From an uncultured Bacteroidales bacterium (GTDB taxonomy: Bacteria; Bacteroidota; Bacteroidia; Bacteroidales; JAGOPY01), in assembly GCA_964489545.1 (NCBI GenBank), contig CAZAZE010000001.1, positions 337,412-401,411 of the forward strand: a DNA stretch of 64,000 nt, in the 5' to 3' direction. Of the stretch, positions 48,834 to 57,125 are shown in pieces. The position numbers were made by a program, and so were the translations under genes. How positions within the stretch are numbered: the stretch's first letter is position 1; each line of letters starts with the position of its first letter. The notes beneath the pieces are model-generated. The model saw nothing but the letters and a program-made list of their open reading frames with translations. It was not told the DNA's origin and did no database searches.

Positions 48834-49694
48834 ATGCCAGGGATTAAACCCACCATCATCGCCTTGCTTATCCTGATCACCGGCACACTGAAATCCCAGG
48901 TCCCGGATTTCTGCCTGACCCGGGATGAATACCGGCTGTACACCCTGATCAATGATTTTCGGGAAAAGCAGGGCCTTCCAGTCGTACCGGTCTCCCGCGC
49001 ACTCTGTTACGTGGCCAAGATCCACGCCCGCGACCTGTATCACAATAACCCCGACACCTCATTCTGCAGCCTGAACAGCTGGTCGGACAAAGGCGAATGG
49101 ACTGCGTGCTGTCATTCCCGCTTCACGCCCAATCCTTCCTGCATCGTCAACAAGCCGAAAGAACTTGCCGGGTACGCCGGCGAAGGGCATGAGCTGGTTT
49201 ACTGGGACAGCCAGGGCAATCACCCGGACACGGCCATGCGTTTCTGGACGAGCATCGCGCAGGCCCGGGAAGTTTTGCTCAATCAGAACAAATGGAGCTA
49301 TTTCAACTGGCGGGCGATGGGCGTCGGCCTGTACCAGGGATATGCCTGCGTGTGGTTCGGAGAAGTGCCGGACACACTTTCCGAGCCTACCTTGTGCGCC
49401 AATGCGGCGGGTTCAGATTTCCTGGTGCTGCCGATGAAAGGAGCGGACATGAAAGGCGTAATTACGGCACCTGAAGGCAGACACTACCTCATCTTCGGAA
49501 GTTTCAACTCATTGGAGGATGCGCAAAAAGTCGCGGAGAAATACCGCAAGGACGGGTTCTACCAGGCTAAGGTTATTGTTAAAGAAAATACGTACAGAGT
49601 GTCCCTTTCCGATCACGCCACGCAGGAAGAAGCTTTGAACGCACGGAAAATGCTTGGCACGGAATACAAAGAAGCCTGGATAACAAAATACTAG
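48834..49694 (+). CDS. CAP (SCP/PR-1-like) domain plus SPOR domain protein
   Basis: N-terminal signal. CAP-like region (LINDFREKQGLPVVPVSRALCYVAKIHARDL). C-terminal SPOR (YLIFGSFNSLEDAQKVAEKYRKDGFYQAKV...YRVSL). Confidence 0.7.
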   Translation: MPGIKPTIIALLILITGTLKSQVPDFCLTRDEYRLYTLINDFREKQGLPVVPVSRALCYVAKIHARDLYHNNPDTSFCSLNSWSDKGEWTACCHSRFTPNPSCIVNKPKELAGYAGEGHELVYWDSQGNHPDTAMRFWTSIAQAREVLLNQNKWSYFNWRAMGVGLYQGYACVWFGEVPDTLSEPTLCANAAGSDFLVLPMKGADMKGVITAPEGRHYLIFGSFNSLEDAQKVAEKYRKDGFYQAKVIVKENTYRVSLSDHATQEEALNARKMLGTEYKEAWITKY

Positions 49695-49783
49695 GTTTAA
49701 GTTTTGAGGTTTAAGGTTTAAGTTGGGGAACTTAAAACCAATGAACTTCAACTTAAACCTTAAACCTTAAACCTCAAAACTTC
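49694..49783. repeat. 39-nt dispersed element copy 3 (49694-49732) plus an inverted copy (49743-49783); candidate bidirectional terminator
   Basis: GGTTTAAGTTTTGAGGTTTAAGGTTTAAGTTGGGGAACT ... GAACTTCAACTTAAACCTTAAACCTTAAACCTCAAAACTTC. The right arm encodes the last residues (VLRFKV) and the stop of sucD. Confidence 0.9.
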
Positions 49784-50638
49784 ATGCATGCGTTTGCCGA
49801 TGTCGGCGGGTGAATCCACCACGTGAATTCCACATTCTCTCAGGATGGCTTTTTTAGCCTGGGCGGTGTCTTCCTTGCCGCCGATGATGGCGCCGGCGTG
49901 GCCCATGGTGCGGCCTTTTGGCGCTGTTGCACCGGCGATGAATGCGACGACGGGCTTGGTGCCGTTCTCTTTCAGCCAGTAGGCCGCTTCGGCCTCCATC
50001 GTCCCGCCGATCTCGCCGATCATCACGATCCCGGCGGTGTCAGGGTCTTTGGTGAATAGCCGCACGGCGTCGAGCGTGGTGGTGCCGATGATCGGATCGC
50101 CGCCGATGCCGATGGCGGTCGACTGCCCGAGCCCGGTCTTGGTGAGTTGGTCCACCGCCTCGTAGGTGAGGGTCCCCGAGCGGGAAACGATGCCGATGGG
50201 CCCCGGGGTGTGAATGAACCCGGGCATAATGCCGACCTTGGCTTCGCCCGGGGTGATCACGCCGGGGCAATTCGGACCGACCAGCCGGGCATTCCGGCAG
50301 TGCAGGTATTCTTTCACGATGATCATGTCAGACACAGGGATCCCTTCGGTGATGCACACGATCACCTTGATGCCGGCGTCAGCGGCTTCCATGATGGCGT
50401 CGGCCGCAAAGGAAGGCGGGACAAAGATCACGGAAACATCCGCGCCCTCTTTCTCCACCGCTGAACTGACCGTGTCGAATACCGGGCGGTCGAGATGGAA
50501 CGTGCCGCCTTTGCCGGGGGTCACCCCGCCGATCACGTTGGTGCCATACTCTATCATCTGGCTGGCGTGGAAGGTGCCTTCCTTGCCGGTAAATCCCTGG
50601 ACAAGCACGCGGGAATGTTTGTTGACTAAAACGCTCAT
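49760..50638 (-). CDS. sucD: Succinate--CoA ligase (ADP-forming) subunit alpha
   Basis: SRSGTLTYE, the phospho-His loop GHAGAI, and the CoA-binding N-terminus [14 protein letters not shown]. Confidence 0.95.
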   Translation of the reverse strand: MSVLVNKHSRVLVQGFTGKEGTFHASQMIEYGTNVIGGVTPGKGGTFHLDRPVFDTVSSAVEKEGADVSVIFVPPSFAADAIMEAADAGIKVIVCITEGIPVSDMIIVKEYLHCRNARLVGPNCPGVITPGEAKVGIMPGFIHTPGPIGIVSRSGTLTYEAVDQLTKTGLGQSTAIGIGGDPIIGTTTLDAVRLFTKDPDTAGIVMIGEIGGTMEAEAAYWLKENGTKPVVAFIAGATAPKGRTMGHAGAIIGGKEDTAQAKKAILRECGIHVVDSPADIGKRMHEVLRFKV

Positions 50639-50647
50639 GGCTTGCGA

Positions 50648-50675
50648 GTGTTTAGTGGTTTGTGTTTAGTGTTTA
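50648..50675. repeat. Tandem heptamer array (GTGTTTA x3 plus one variant), equal to TAAACAC on the sucD coding strand
   Basis: gtgttta gtggttt gtgttta gtgttta, ending 9 nt upstream of the sucD start codon. Confidence 0.9.
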
Positions 50676-50774
50676 ATTTTGAATTGACTCCTACCACTTT
50701 ACTCCTTGCACAGTTGTGGGAGGGGGCTGACGGGCAAATGTAAAGAATTTTACCCATCCCCGCCCAGTTTTCGC

Positions 50775-50782
50775 TAACTTTG
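50775..50782 (+). promoter_or_regulatory. Bacteroidota -7 promoter box (TAACTTTG) for mnmE
   Basis: TAnnTTTG match 23 nt upstream of ATG 50805. Confidence 0.5.
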
Positions 50783-50804
50783 TCATGACCACAAGCCCGA
50801 ACCC

Positions 50805-52232
50805 ATGATCTACTCATCCGAAAACCAGACCATATGCGCCATCGCGACGCCGCCGGGCCACGGCGCCATCGCCATCATCCGGGTCAGCGGACCCGAAGCG
50901 CTGCGGATCTGTGAAGCGGTTTTTGTTCCCCGTAAAGCCGGGAAAAACATCACGGAAGCCGCGACGCACACCATCCATTTCGGGACGGTCGAGCACGGCG
51001 AAGAGCTCATCGACGAGGTGCTGGTCAGCGTATTCCGGGAGCCGCACTCTTACACGGGCGAAAACGCCGTGGAGATCTCCTGCCACGGTTCGTCGTACAT
51101 CCAGCAAAAGATCGTCGAACTGCTCATCAGCCAGGGCGCCCGGCACGCGAAGCCGGGGGAATTCACGATGCGCGCCTTCCAGCACGGCAAATTCGACCTG
51201 GCGCAGGCCGAGGCGGTGGCCGACCTGATTGCCGCAGAATCCAAATCGGCCCACGACCTGGCCCTGGACCAGATGCGCGGCGGCTATTCCCGGAAGATCA
51301 GCGCACTGCGCGCCCAGTTGCTCGATTTCGCCTCGCTGATCGAACTGGAACTGGATTTCAGCCAGGAAGACGTGGAATTCGCCGACCGGCCCGCCCTGAT
51401 CAGGCTGCTGGAGGAGATCAAACCGGAGATCGTTCAGCTGGTTTCTTCCTTCTCCTACGGCAACGTGCTCAAGACCGGGATACCCGTGGCGATCGCCGGG
51501 CGGCCGAATGTCGGGAAATCGACCCTGCTCAATGCCATCCTCAACGAAGAGCGGGCCATCGTTTCGGAGATCCCCGGCACCACGCGCGATACCATTGAAG
51601 ACACGATCATCGTCAGCAATTTCGCCTTCCGGTTCATCGACACTGCCGGCCTTCGTCATTCCACCGACAAAATCGAGAACCTGGGCATCGAGAGAACCCA
51701 CGAGAAGATCCGGCAGGCGGCGATTGTTTTGTATGTGTTTGATGTTCGTGATGCCGAAGGCGAAAGGTTCCTGAACCAGTTCCAGGTTCCAGGTTCCAGG
51801 TTCCAGGATATTGATGAAGACCGCCAACTTCCGGCTGCTGACGACACGAAATTCATTTTCATTGGGAATAAATCCGATCTGCTCGAGGAGACGCCTGCCC
51901 ATTTAAAAGAACTTTTAGAAAAGCAATGCATTTTTATTTCCGCGAAACGCAAGGAGAATATCAACCTGGTCCTGGACCGGCTGGTGGAGACCGTCAGCGG
52001 GATGAACATACAGGACCGGACGGTGGTTTCCAATGTCCGGCATTTTGAAGCGCTCACAGAGGCCGGCAAAGCGGTTGACGCAGTGCTAAGCGGGCTGCAG
52101 GCCGGCCTGAGCGGCGACCTGCTCACGGTCGATCTTCGCAGCGCCCTGTTCCACCTGGGCACCATCACCGGGGAGATCACGACCGATGAGATCCTGGGGA
52201 ATATTTTCGGGAGGTTCTGTATCGGAAAGTAG
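50805..52232 (+). CDS. mnmE: tRNA modification GTPase MnmE (TrmE)
   Basis: G1 GRPNVGKSTL, G3 DTAG, G4 NKSD, and the C-terminal FCIGK tetrapeptide. Contains an in-frame heptamer-repeat insert between G3 and G4. Confidence 0.95.
   Translation: MIYSSENQTICAIATPPGHGAIAIIRVSGPEALRICEAVFVPRKAGKNITEAATHTIHFGTVEHGEELIDEVLVSVFREPHSYTGENAVEISCHGSSYIQQKIVELLISQGARHAKPGEFTMRAFQHGKFDLAQAEAVADLIAAESKSAHDLALDQMRGGYSRKISALRAQLLDFASLIELELDFSQEDVEFADRPALIRLLEEIKPEIVQLVSSFSYGNVLKTGIPVAIAGRPNVGKSTLLNAILNEERAIVSEIPGTTRDTIEDTIIVSNFAFRFIDTAGLRHSTDKIENLGIERTHEKIRQAAIVLYVFDVRDAEGERFLNQFQVPGSRFQDIDEDRQLPAADDTKFIFIGNKSDLLEETPAHLKELLEKQCIFISAKRKENINLVLDRLVETVSGMNIQDRTVVSNVRHFEALTEAGKAVDAVLSGLQAGLSGDLLTVDLRSALFHLGTITGEITTDEILGNIFGRFCIGK
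51778..51807 (+). repeat. Intragenic tandem heptamer array (AGTTCCA, then GGTTCCA x3, then GG) inside mnmE
   Basis: Read directly from the sequence. It encodes QFQVPGSRFQ and is preceded by the palindrome GGTTCCTGAACC. Confidence 0.9.
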
Positions 52233-52287
52233 GACTGTAGGACGGTAAGACGGTAAGACGGTAGGACGGTAAGACGGTAGGACGGGG
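52232..52287. repeat. Tandem octamer array (RGACGGTA x7), starting at the last base of the mnmE stop codon
   Basis: ggactgta ggacggta agacggta agacggta ggacggta agacggta ggacgggg, followed by GCATTAAAA. Confidence 0.92.
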
Positions 52288-52472
52288 GGCATTAAAATGA
52301 TTGGACTCTTGTGCCGGAGGCGCAATTTAAAATAGCACTCTACGTCCGTGCGGGTGAAAGTCCCCCATGCAACAGAATCGATTTAGATCACAGATAAATA
52401 GTAATTGTCAGGAGCTTTAGAAGACGGTATTCTCTGATTAAAAGTTCAAAAAAGTGCACTGTTAAAGATCAA

Positions 52473-53330
52473 CTATTTCGTAAGCAATTTTGGCGAAAAG
52501 AGCTGCTTTCGGTTTACTATTGTGACTGCTATCGCAACAACCCAAAGGGCAGCGGCGAAGGTCAGAATGAAAGTCAACAAGGAATAACCTGTCAGGCCTT
52601 GGGGTTGAAAGATCAGCATGCTCGCCGAGAGGCTCGCATGCATAAGCATTGCGATCAATAAACTCCCTCCGGTACGTTCATAGACCCAGACCATAAGCAA
52701 CCTGTATGCTGGAAGCCATGAAAATAGCTGGACCGGCAGCAATAAACACAAGGGGACTTCACCGTTTGGATCACTCATCCAATAAATTACCATAAAATGC
52801 CATGCACCCCACAGAATGCCCACGATGAGTGCTGTTTTGAAAATATTGTGCCGTAATCTCAAGGTAGGGACGGCAAATCCTGTCCACCCGAGTTCCTCCA
52901 GCAGTCCGCCACCTATAAGACCGTAGGATAAACCAAAAATCAGAAGGGACACTTTATCGCTGCTGACCATGATCCCGGGCAGGTATTTCTCATCAGTCAG
53001 CGAAAGTGCAAGCGACACGCCGGTAAAAAGGATCGGGGCGGTCAGGAGTGCCACGGCATACCAGCGAACGTTGACACGCCACCTGGAAATTCTTGATCCC
53101 AGGTTACGGAATCCATCTTTACCATATTTTACGGCAATCATAAGAACGCCTGAGATGCTGGGCCCGGCGAATAGCGCGAGCATCACAGGCAGTAAGAGTT
53201 TTTCAGCTTGCTCTGCGGTACCGGGTACCCCGCCCGGGCCCCCTACGATGAGCAGAATGCCCCCAAATGAAATGCAGAATGTCAAAGCATAATAAGAGAA
53301 CACCGAATGTCTTGTTAGAAAATGACTCAT
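52473..53330 (-). CDS. CPBP family (CAAX/Abi-like) intramembrane protease
   Basis: Polytopic membrane protein with an EExxx motif (LLEELGWTGF) and His-containing helices (WGAWHF, MLMHASL). Confidence 0.6.
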   Translation of the reverse strand: MSHFLTRHSVFSYYALTFCISFGGILLIVGGPGGVPGTAEQAEKLLLPVMLALFAGPSISGVLMIAVKYGKDGFRNLGSRISRWRVNVRWYAVALLTAPILFTGVSLALSLTDEKYLPGIMVSSDKVSLLIFGLSYGLIGGGLLEELGWTGFAVPTLRLRHNIFKTALIVGILWGAWHFMVIYWMSDPNGEVPLCLLLPVQLFSWLPAYRLLMVWVYERTGGSLLIAMLMHASLSASMLIFQPQGLTGYSLLTFILTFAAALWVVAIAVTIVNRKQLFSPKLLTK

Positions 53331-53344
53331 AGGACGATGGGTAT

Positions 53345-54526
53345 TTACCGGGACTCCATAGCTTTTATGATTTTCTCCCTTAGGTCCCGGGTTTCTTTGA
53401 CATCTTCTCCTTCCTCAATGCCTGCCGCGATCGCCAGGTCGGCGTATTTCAGGGCGTCTTCCAGGCGGCCGGATTTATAAAGCAGGGCCGCGTATGTATC
53501 GATAAACATCCAGATGGGTTCGGCCTCGATGACCTTCGCCATCCAGGATGTCGCTTTATTAAGAATTTCCGGGTCATCCACGTTTTCATAAATGGCCCAG
53601 CAGTTGTTGTTGATGTTCATCGTGTGCTGATACCCGGTGCTGCCAATGAATTCCTCAAGCGTTCGGGCAAGAGCGGTCCAGTTCTTCTTCTGGGTGTAGT
53701 AGATGGTCAGGATATTGTTGCGCTCCAGTTCCGGATCATCAACCATCCCGCACAGATCAATCGCTTTTTGAAGGTACGTCCCGGTGGTGTCCTTGATCAG
53801 CGCCGTCGCCAGGTACCTGTACATCAAACTCTGGATAAAATAAGATACTTCCTCCTTCCCATACCGCCTGGCGTATTCCTCCCTGTTGCTCAGGACATGG
53901 TCCTGCATATTCCCGGGGCTGAACCGAAGGATGACCGACCAGTTCACCTCTGAAAAAAGATCATCCTGGCCTGCGAGATAATCGGTCACTGTAGAGTCAT
54001 CGGGACGGTTATTATACCCCTTGACGAATGATTGCCTGTAAAATTCCGGCCAGGGCAGATCCAGCTCCCTGGAATCGAAATCAAAGACCCGTTCCGCCTT
54101 GATGTCCAGTAGTTTCTGCAGATCGGAGATGTAATCGGCATTGTCATCGTTGTACCCGCTGATCTTCCCGACCAGCTGGCCCTTTGGATTAAAGACCATG
54201 GTGGTCGGGTAAGCCCAGACCCTGAATTTCATGCTCAGCACAACCCCAAGTGAATCTTCAAAATCAATCCTGAGCGGGACAAAGTTCGTGTTGATGAATG
54301 ACGCAACGGCAGAATCGCAAAAGGTTTCCTTTTCCATCACCTTGCACCACCCGCACCATTCGGTATAGGCGTCGACAATAATGTATTTATTCTCCAGCGC
54401 GGCGCGTGCATTGGCCTGCTCCCAGGACCCGTCAAAAAATTCCACCTTTTGGGAAATAGCCTGAAAGGACAGGGTGGCCGAGGCAAGGAAGAGAAGCATG
54501 TATTTCATATTCCGCATTTTTCTCAA
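53345..54526 (-). CDS. Secreted thioredoxin-fold protein with a C-terminal TPR-like domain
   Basis: Signal peptide and the CxxC active site in AYTEWCGWCKVME. The helical C-terminal half is TPR-like. Confidence 0.7.
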   Translation of the reverse strand: MRKMRNMKYMLLFLASATLSFQAISQKVEFFDGSWEQANARAALENKYIIVDAYTEWCGWCKVMEKETFCDSAVASFINTNFVPLRIDFEDSLGVVLSMKFRVWAYPTTMVFNPKGQLVGKISGYNDDNADYISDLQKLLDIKAERVFDFDSRELDLPWPEFYRQSFVKGYNNRPDDSTVTDYLAGQDDLFSEVNWSVILRFSPGNMQDHVLSNREEYARRYGKEEVSYFIQSLMYRYLATALIKDTTGTYLQKAIDLCGMVDDPELERNNILTIYYTQKKNWTALARTLEEFIGSTGYQHTMNINNNCWAIYENVDDPEILNKATSWMAKVIEAEPIWMFIDTYAALLYKSGRLEDALKYADLAIAAGIEEGEDVKETRDLREKIIKAMESR

Positions 54527-54564
54527 AGATACGGAATAGAAAAGGTAAAGTAAAGTATATCAGG

Positions 54565-55080
54565 CTATTTCCTTACCGTCACGCTGATCTGGCACAGGCG
54601 GTCGTCCATCATCATATTAACATACCCTTCGGCCCGCTCCGCTGCCATCATGCCCCGGTTCTTCATCGTCTGCTTCTTGGTTTTGAAACCCTTCGCCTGC
54701 AGCTCTGCTTCGTATTTATCGATGATATCCAGCGTAACGCCCTGGTAATACATATCATACGTTATAGCATCCGGATTATGGGTGATGGACATGTGATGAA
54801 TGGTGCCATAGGTGAACTCAGGAAATTCAGCGGGGATCTCTTCTGACCATTCCGCGCCTTCGGTGATGGTCACCTTGTTGCTACCGGGATCGGCGACCAT
54901 CGCACCGGCCCCGCCTTCTGCCTGGCCGGATGGAGCAACGGCAACTGTATCCGTCACTCCCGCACCAGCCGGTTTATCTCCGGTATTTTTGCAGGAGGTG
55001 ACCAGGATCGTCCCTATGGAAACGAGCAGTATAATAACTGATGTAACTGATTTTAAACTGTTTGCTTTCATTTTGATCAT
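54565..55080 (-). CDS. Hypothetical lipoprotein
   Basis: Lipobox (ILVTSC), 171 aa. No family motif recognised. Confidence 0.55.
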   Translation of the reverse strand: MIKMKANSLKSVTSVIILLVSIGTILVTSCKNTGDKPAGAGVTDTVAVAPSGQAEGGAGAMVADPGSNKVTITEGAEWSEEIPAEFPEFTYGTIHHMSITHNPDAITYDMYYQGVTLDIIDKYEAELQAKGFKTKKQTMKNRGMMAAERAEGYVNMMMDDRLCQISVTVRK

Positions 55081-55206
55081 TTTTTTCAGGCGACAAAGTT
55101 AAACGATTTGCCGGAACCGCCCCGTGCCATCTGCAACTTGATCCGGGCGACATACCGCGAATGATGTTAAATATGGCTAATTTAGCGGGATCAAAACATA
55201 ATAATC

Positions 55207-55896
55207 ATGTCACGAATCATCATCACGGGTGCCAACGGCGGCCTGGGCCTGTCGGTCACCGAAAAACTGGCCGGCGCAGGCCATGCGATCCTGGCTGTGA
55301 CCGGAGAAGGCGGGGCCGGCACCATCAGCGCCGGGGATAATGTCCGCGTTGTGGAAGCGGATCTGCTCGACGAAGGAAAAACCATCGCCTTTATCAAAAA
55401 CGAGATCGACCGGGATCCGGGCATCGAAGCCGCGGTGCTGCTGGTCGGGGGGTTCGCGATGGGCAAACTGGCCGGCACGCCGAAGCAGGAGCTGGAACGG
55501 ATGATCAACCTGAACTTTTACTCGGCCTACCATGTGGTCCGGGCCCTCCTGCCCCACTTCCTGGGCCGCCCGGAAGGCGGTGCGTTTATCCTGGTCGGCG
55601 CCCGTCCGGGGCTGGATGCCGCTGCGGGGAAAGACTTTTTCGCCTATTCGATGAGCAAGGCGATGGTGTTCAAACTGGCGGAATTCATCAACACCGAAGG
55701 GAAGGGGAAGAATGTGACCGCCACGGTCGTGGTGCCCTCGGTCATCGACACCGAAGCGAACCGCAAGGCCATGCCGGATGCCGATTTTTCATCGTGGATC
55801 CAACCGGGCGACATCGCCTCGGCCATTGACTTCTGCCTGACCCCGGAAGGACGAACGATCCGAGAGCACATCATCAAAATGTACAACAGGGCCTAG
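55207..55896 (+). CDS. SDR family NAD(P)-dependent oxidoreductase
   Basis: ITGANGGLG cofactor motif and YSMSK catalytic motif. Confidence 0.85.
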   Translation: MSRIIITGANGGLGLSVTEKLAGAGHAILAVTGEGGAGTISAGDNVRVVEADLLDEGKTIAFIKNEIDRDPGIEAAVLLVGGFAMGKLAGTPKQELERMINLNFYSAYHVVRALLPHFLGRPEGGAFILVGARPGLDAAAGKDFFAYSMSKAMVFKLAEFINTEGKGKNVTATVVVPSVIDTEANRKAMPDADFSSWIQPGDIASAIDFCLTPEGRTIREHIIKMYNRA

Positions 55897-55908
55897 CCGG
55901 AGGATCTC

Positions 55909-57072
55909 ATGCCCCGGATCTTCAGATTCCATCCTAACTTTCAGTCGGGCAAGGTGATGCTGATCTCGTTCGGCCACCTGGTGCACGATACGTATACTTC
56001 GTTTTTATCGCCGGTCCTCCCCCTGCTGATCGAGAAATTCGGCCTGAGCTATTCCATGGCCAGTTTCCTGAGCATGCTGCAACGCCTGCCCAACCTGGCC
56101 AATCCTTTCCTGGGCCTGCTGGCCGACCGCATGGGCATGCGCTGGCTGGTGATCCTCAGCCCGGCTTTGACCGCCATAGCCATGAGCCTGATCGGCATTG
56201 CGCCGGGCATTACCGTCCTGGCGATCCTGCTGCTCATCACCGGGGTCAGCTCCACGCTGTTCCACGTACCTACGCCGGTGATGGTCCGGAACGTTTCCGG
56301 CGACGAGATCGGGCGCGGCATGAGCTGGTACATGTTTGGCGGAGAGGTGGCCCGTACCGTCGGGCCGATGATGGTGCTTGGGGCGGTGTCACTCTGGGGG
56401 CTGGAAGGAACCTGGAAGCTGATTCCTTTCGGGCTGGCCTCATCGCTCCTGCTCTATTTCAAACTCCGGAAGATCCCCATGGCGCCCGGGGCCGCGGACA
56501 AGGCCGGGATCCGCAACCTAAGGGAGACCTTCCGGCACAGTATGCCTTTCTTCATCCTGATGACCGGAATGACTTTTTTCCGGTCCATTATGCGGGCGGC
56601 GCTGAGCACTTTTCTTCCTACCTATATGATGCTGAAGGGAGAAAGCCTGTGGACGGGCGGGGTCTTCCTGAGCGTGCTGGAGCTGGCGGGCGCTGCCGGA
56701 ACCCTTTTCTGGGGCTATTATTCCGACCGGATCGGCCGGAGGAAGGCCTTGCTGATCATCGTGTACGCGGCCCCGGTCCTGATGTTCCTCTTCTCCCTGA
56801 TGGACGGCTGGGCCGCCCTGCCCGTGCTGGCCCTGCTGGGCTTCTTCCTGCTGGGCACCACCCCGATCCTGCTTGCACTGACGCAGGACTACGGCGTCGA
56901 ACGGCCGGCATTCTTCAACAGCATGTTCCTGACGGTGAGCTTCGCCAGCGAGATGGCTTCGCTGATGATCGCCGGGGCGCTGGCCGATTGGATCGGGCTG
57001 GAGATGACGTTTCACCTCTCCGGGGTGCTGGCCCTGGGCGCCATCCCCTTTGTGTTCATGCTGAAAAAATGA
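55909..57072 (+). CDS. MFS transporter
   Basis: About 12 predicted TM helices and the MFS loop motif GLLADRMGMRW. The start may be the internal Met at 55957. Confidence 0.8.
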   Translation: MPRIFRFHPNFQSGKVMLISFGHLVHDTYTSFLSPVLPLLIEKFGLSYSMASFLSMLQRLPNLANPFLGLLADRMGMRWLVILSPALTAIAMSLIGIAPGITVLAILLLITGVSSTLFHVPTPVMVRNVSGDEIGRGMSWYMFGGEVARTVGPMMVLGAVSLWGLEGTWKLIPFGLASSLLLYFKLRKIPMAPGAADKAGIRNLRETFRHSMPFFILMTGMTFFRSIMRAALSTFLPTYMMLKGESLWTGGVFLSVLELAGAAGTLFWGYYSDRIGRRKALLIIVYAAPVLMFLFSLMDGWAALPVLALLGFFLLGTTPILLALTQDYGVERPAFFNSMFLTVSFASEMASLMIAGALADWIGLEMTFHLSGVLALGAIPFVFMLKK

Positions 57073-57125
57073 GGCCGGAGACCACGATGTCTCCTGATTA
57101 CGCGCGACTCAGGCAAAGATTAGAA

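Noticed and set aside
49760-50638. sucD without an adjacent sucC, considered as a disrupted operon.
   Set aside because: As far as I recall, unlinked sucC and sucD genes occur in Bacteroidota genomes. The gene itself is intact, with all motifs.
52086-52325. A 79-aa ORF with the repeated peptide PSYRPTVL.
   Set aside because: It is simply the antisense translation of the RGACGGTA octamer array. It overlaps the mnmE 3' end and has no start context.
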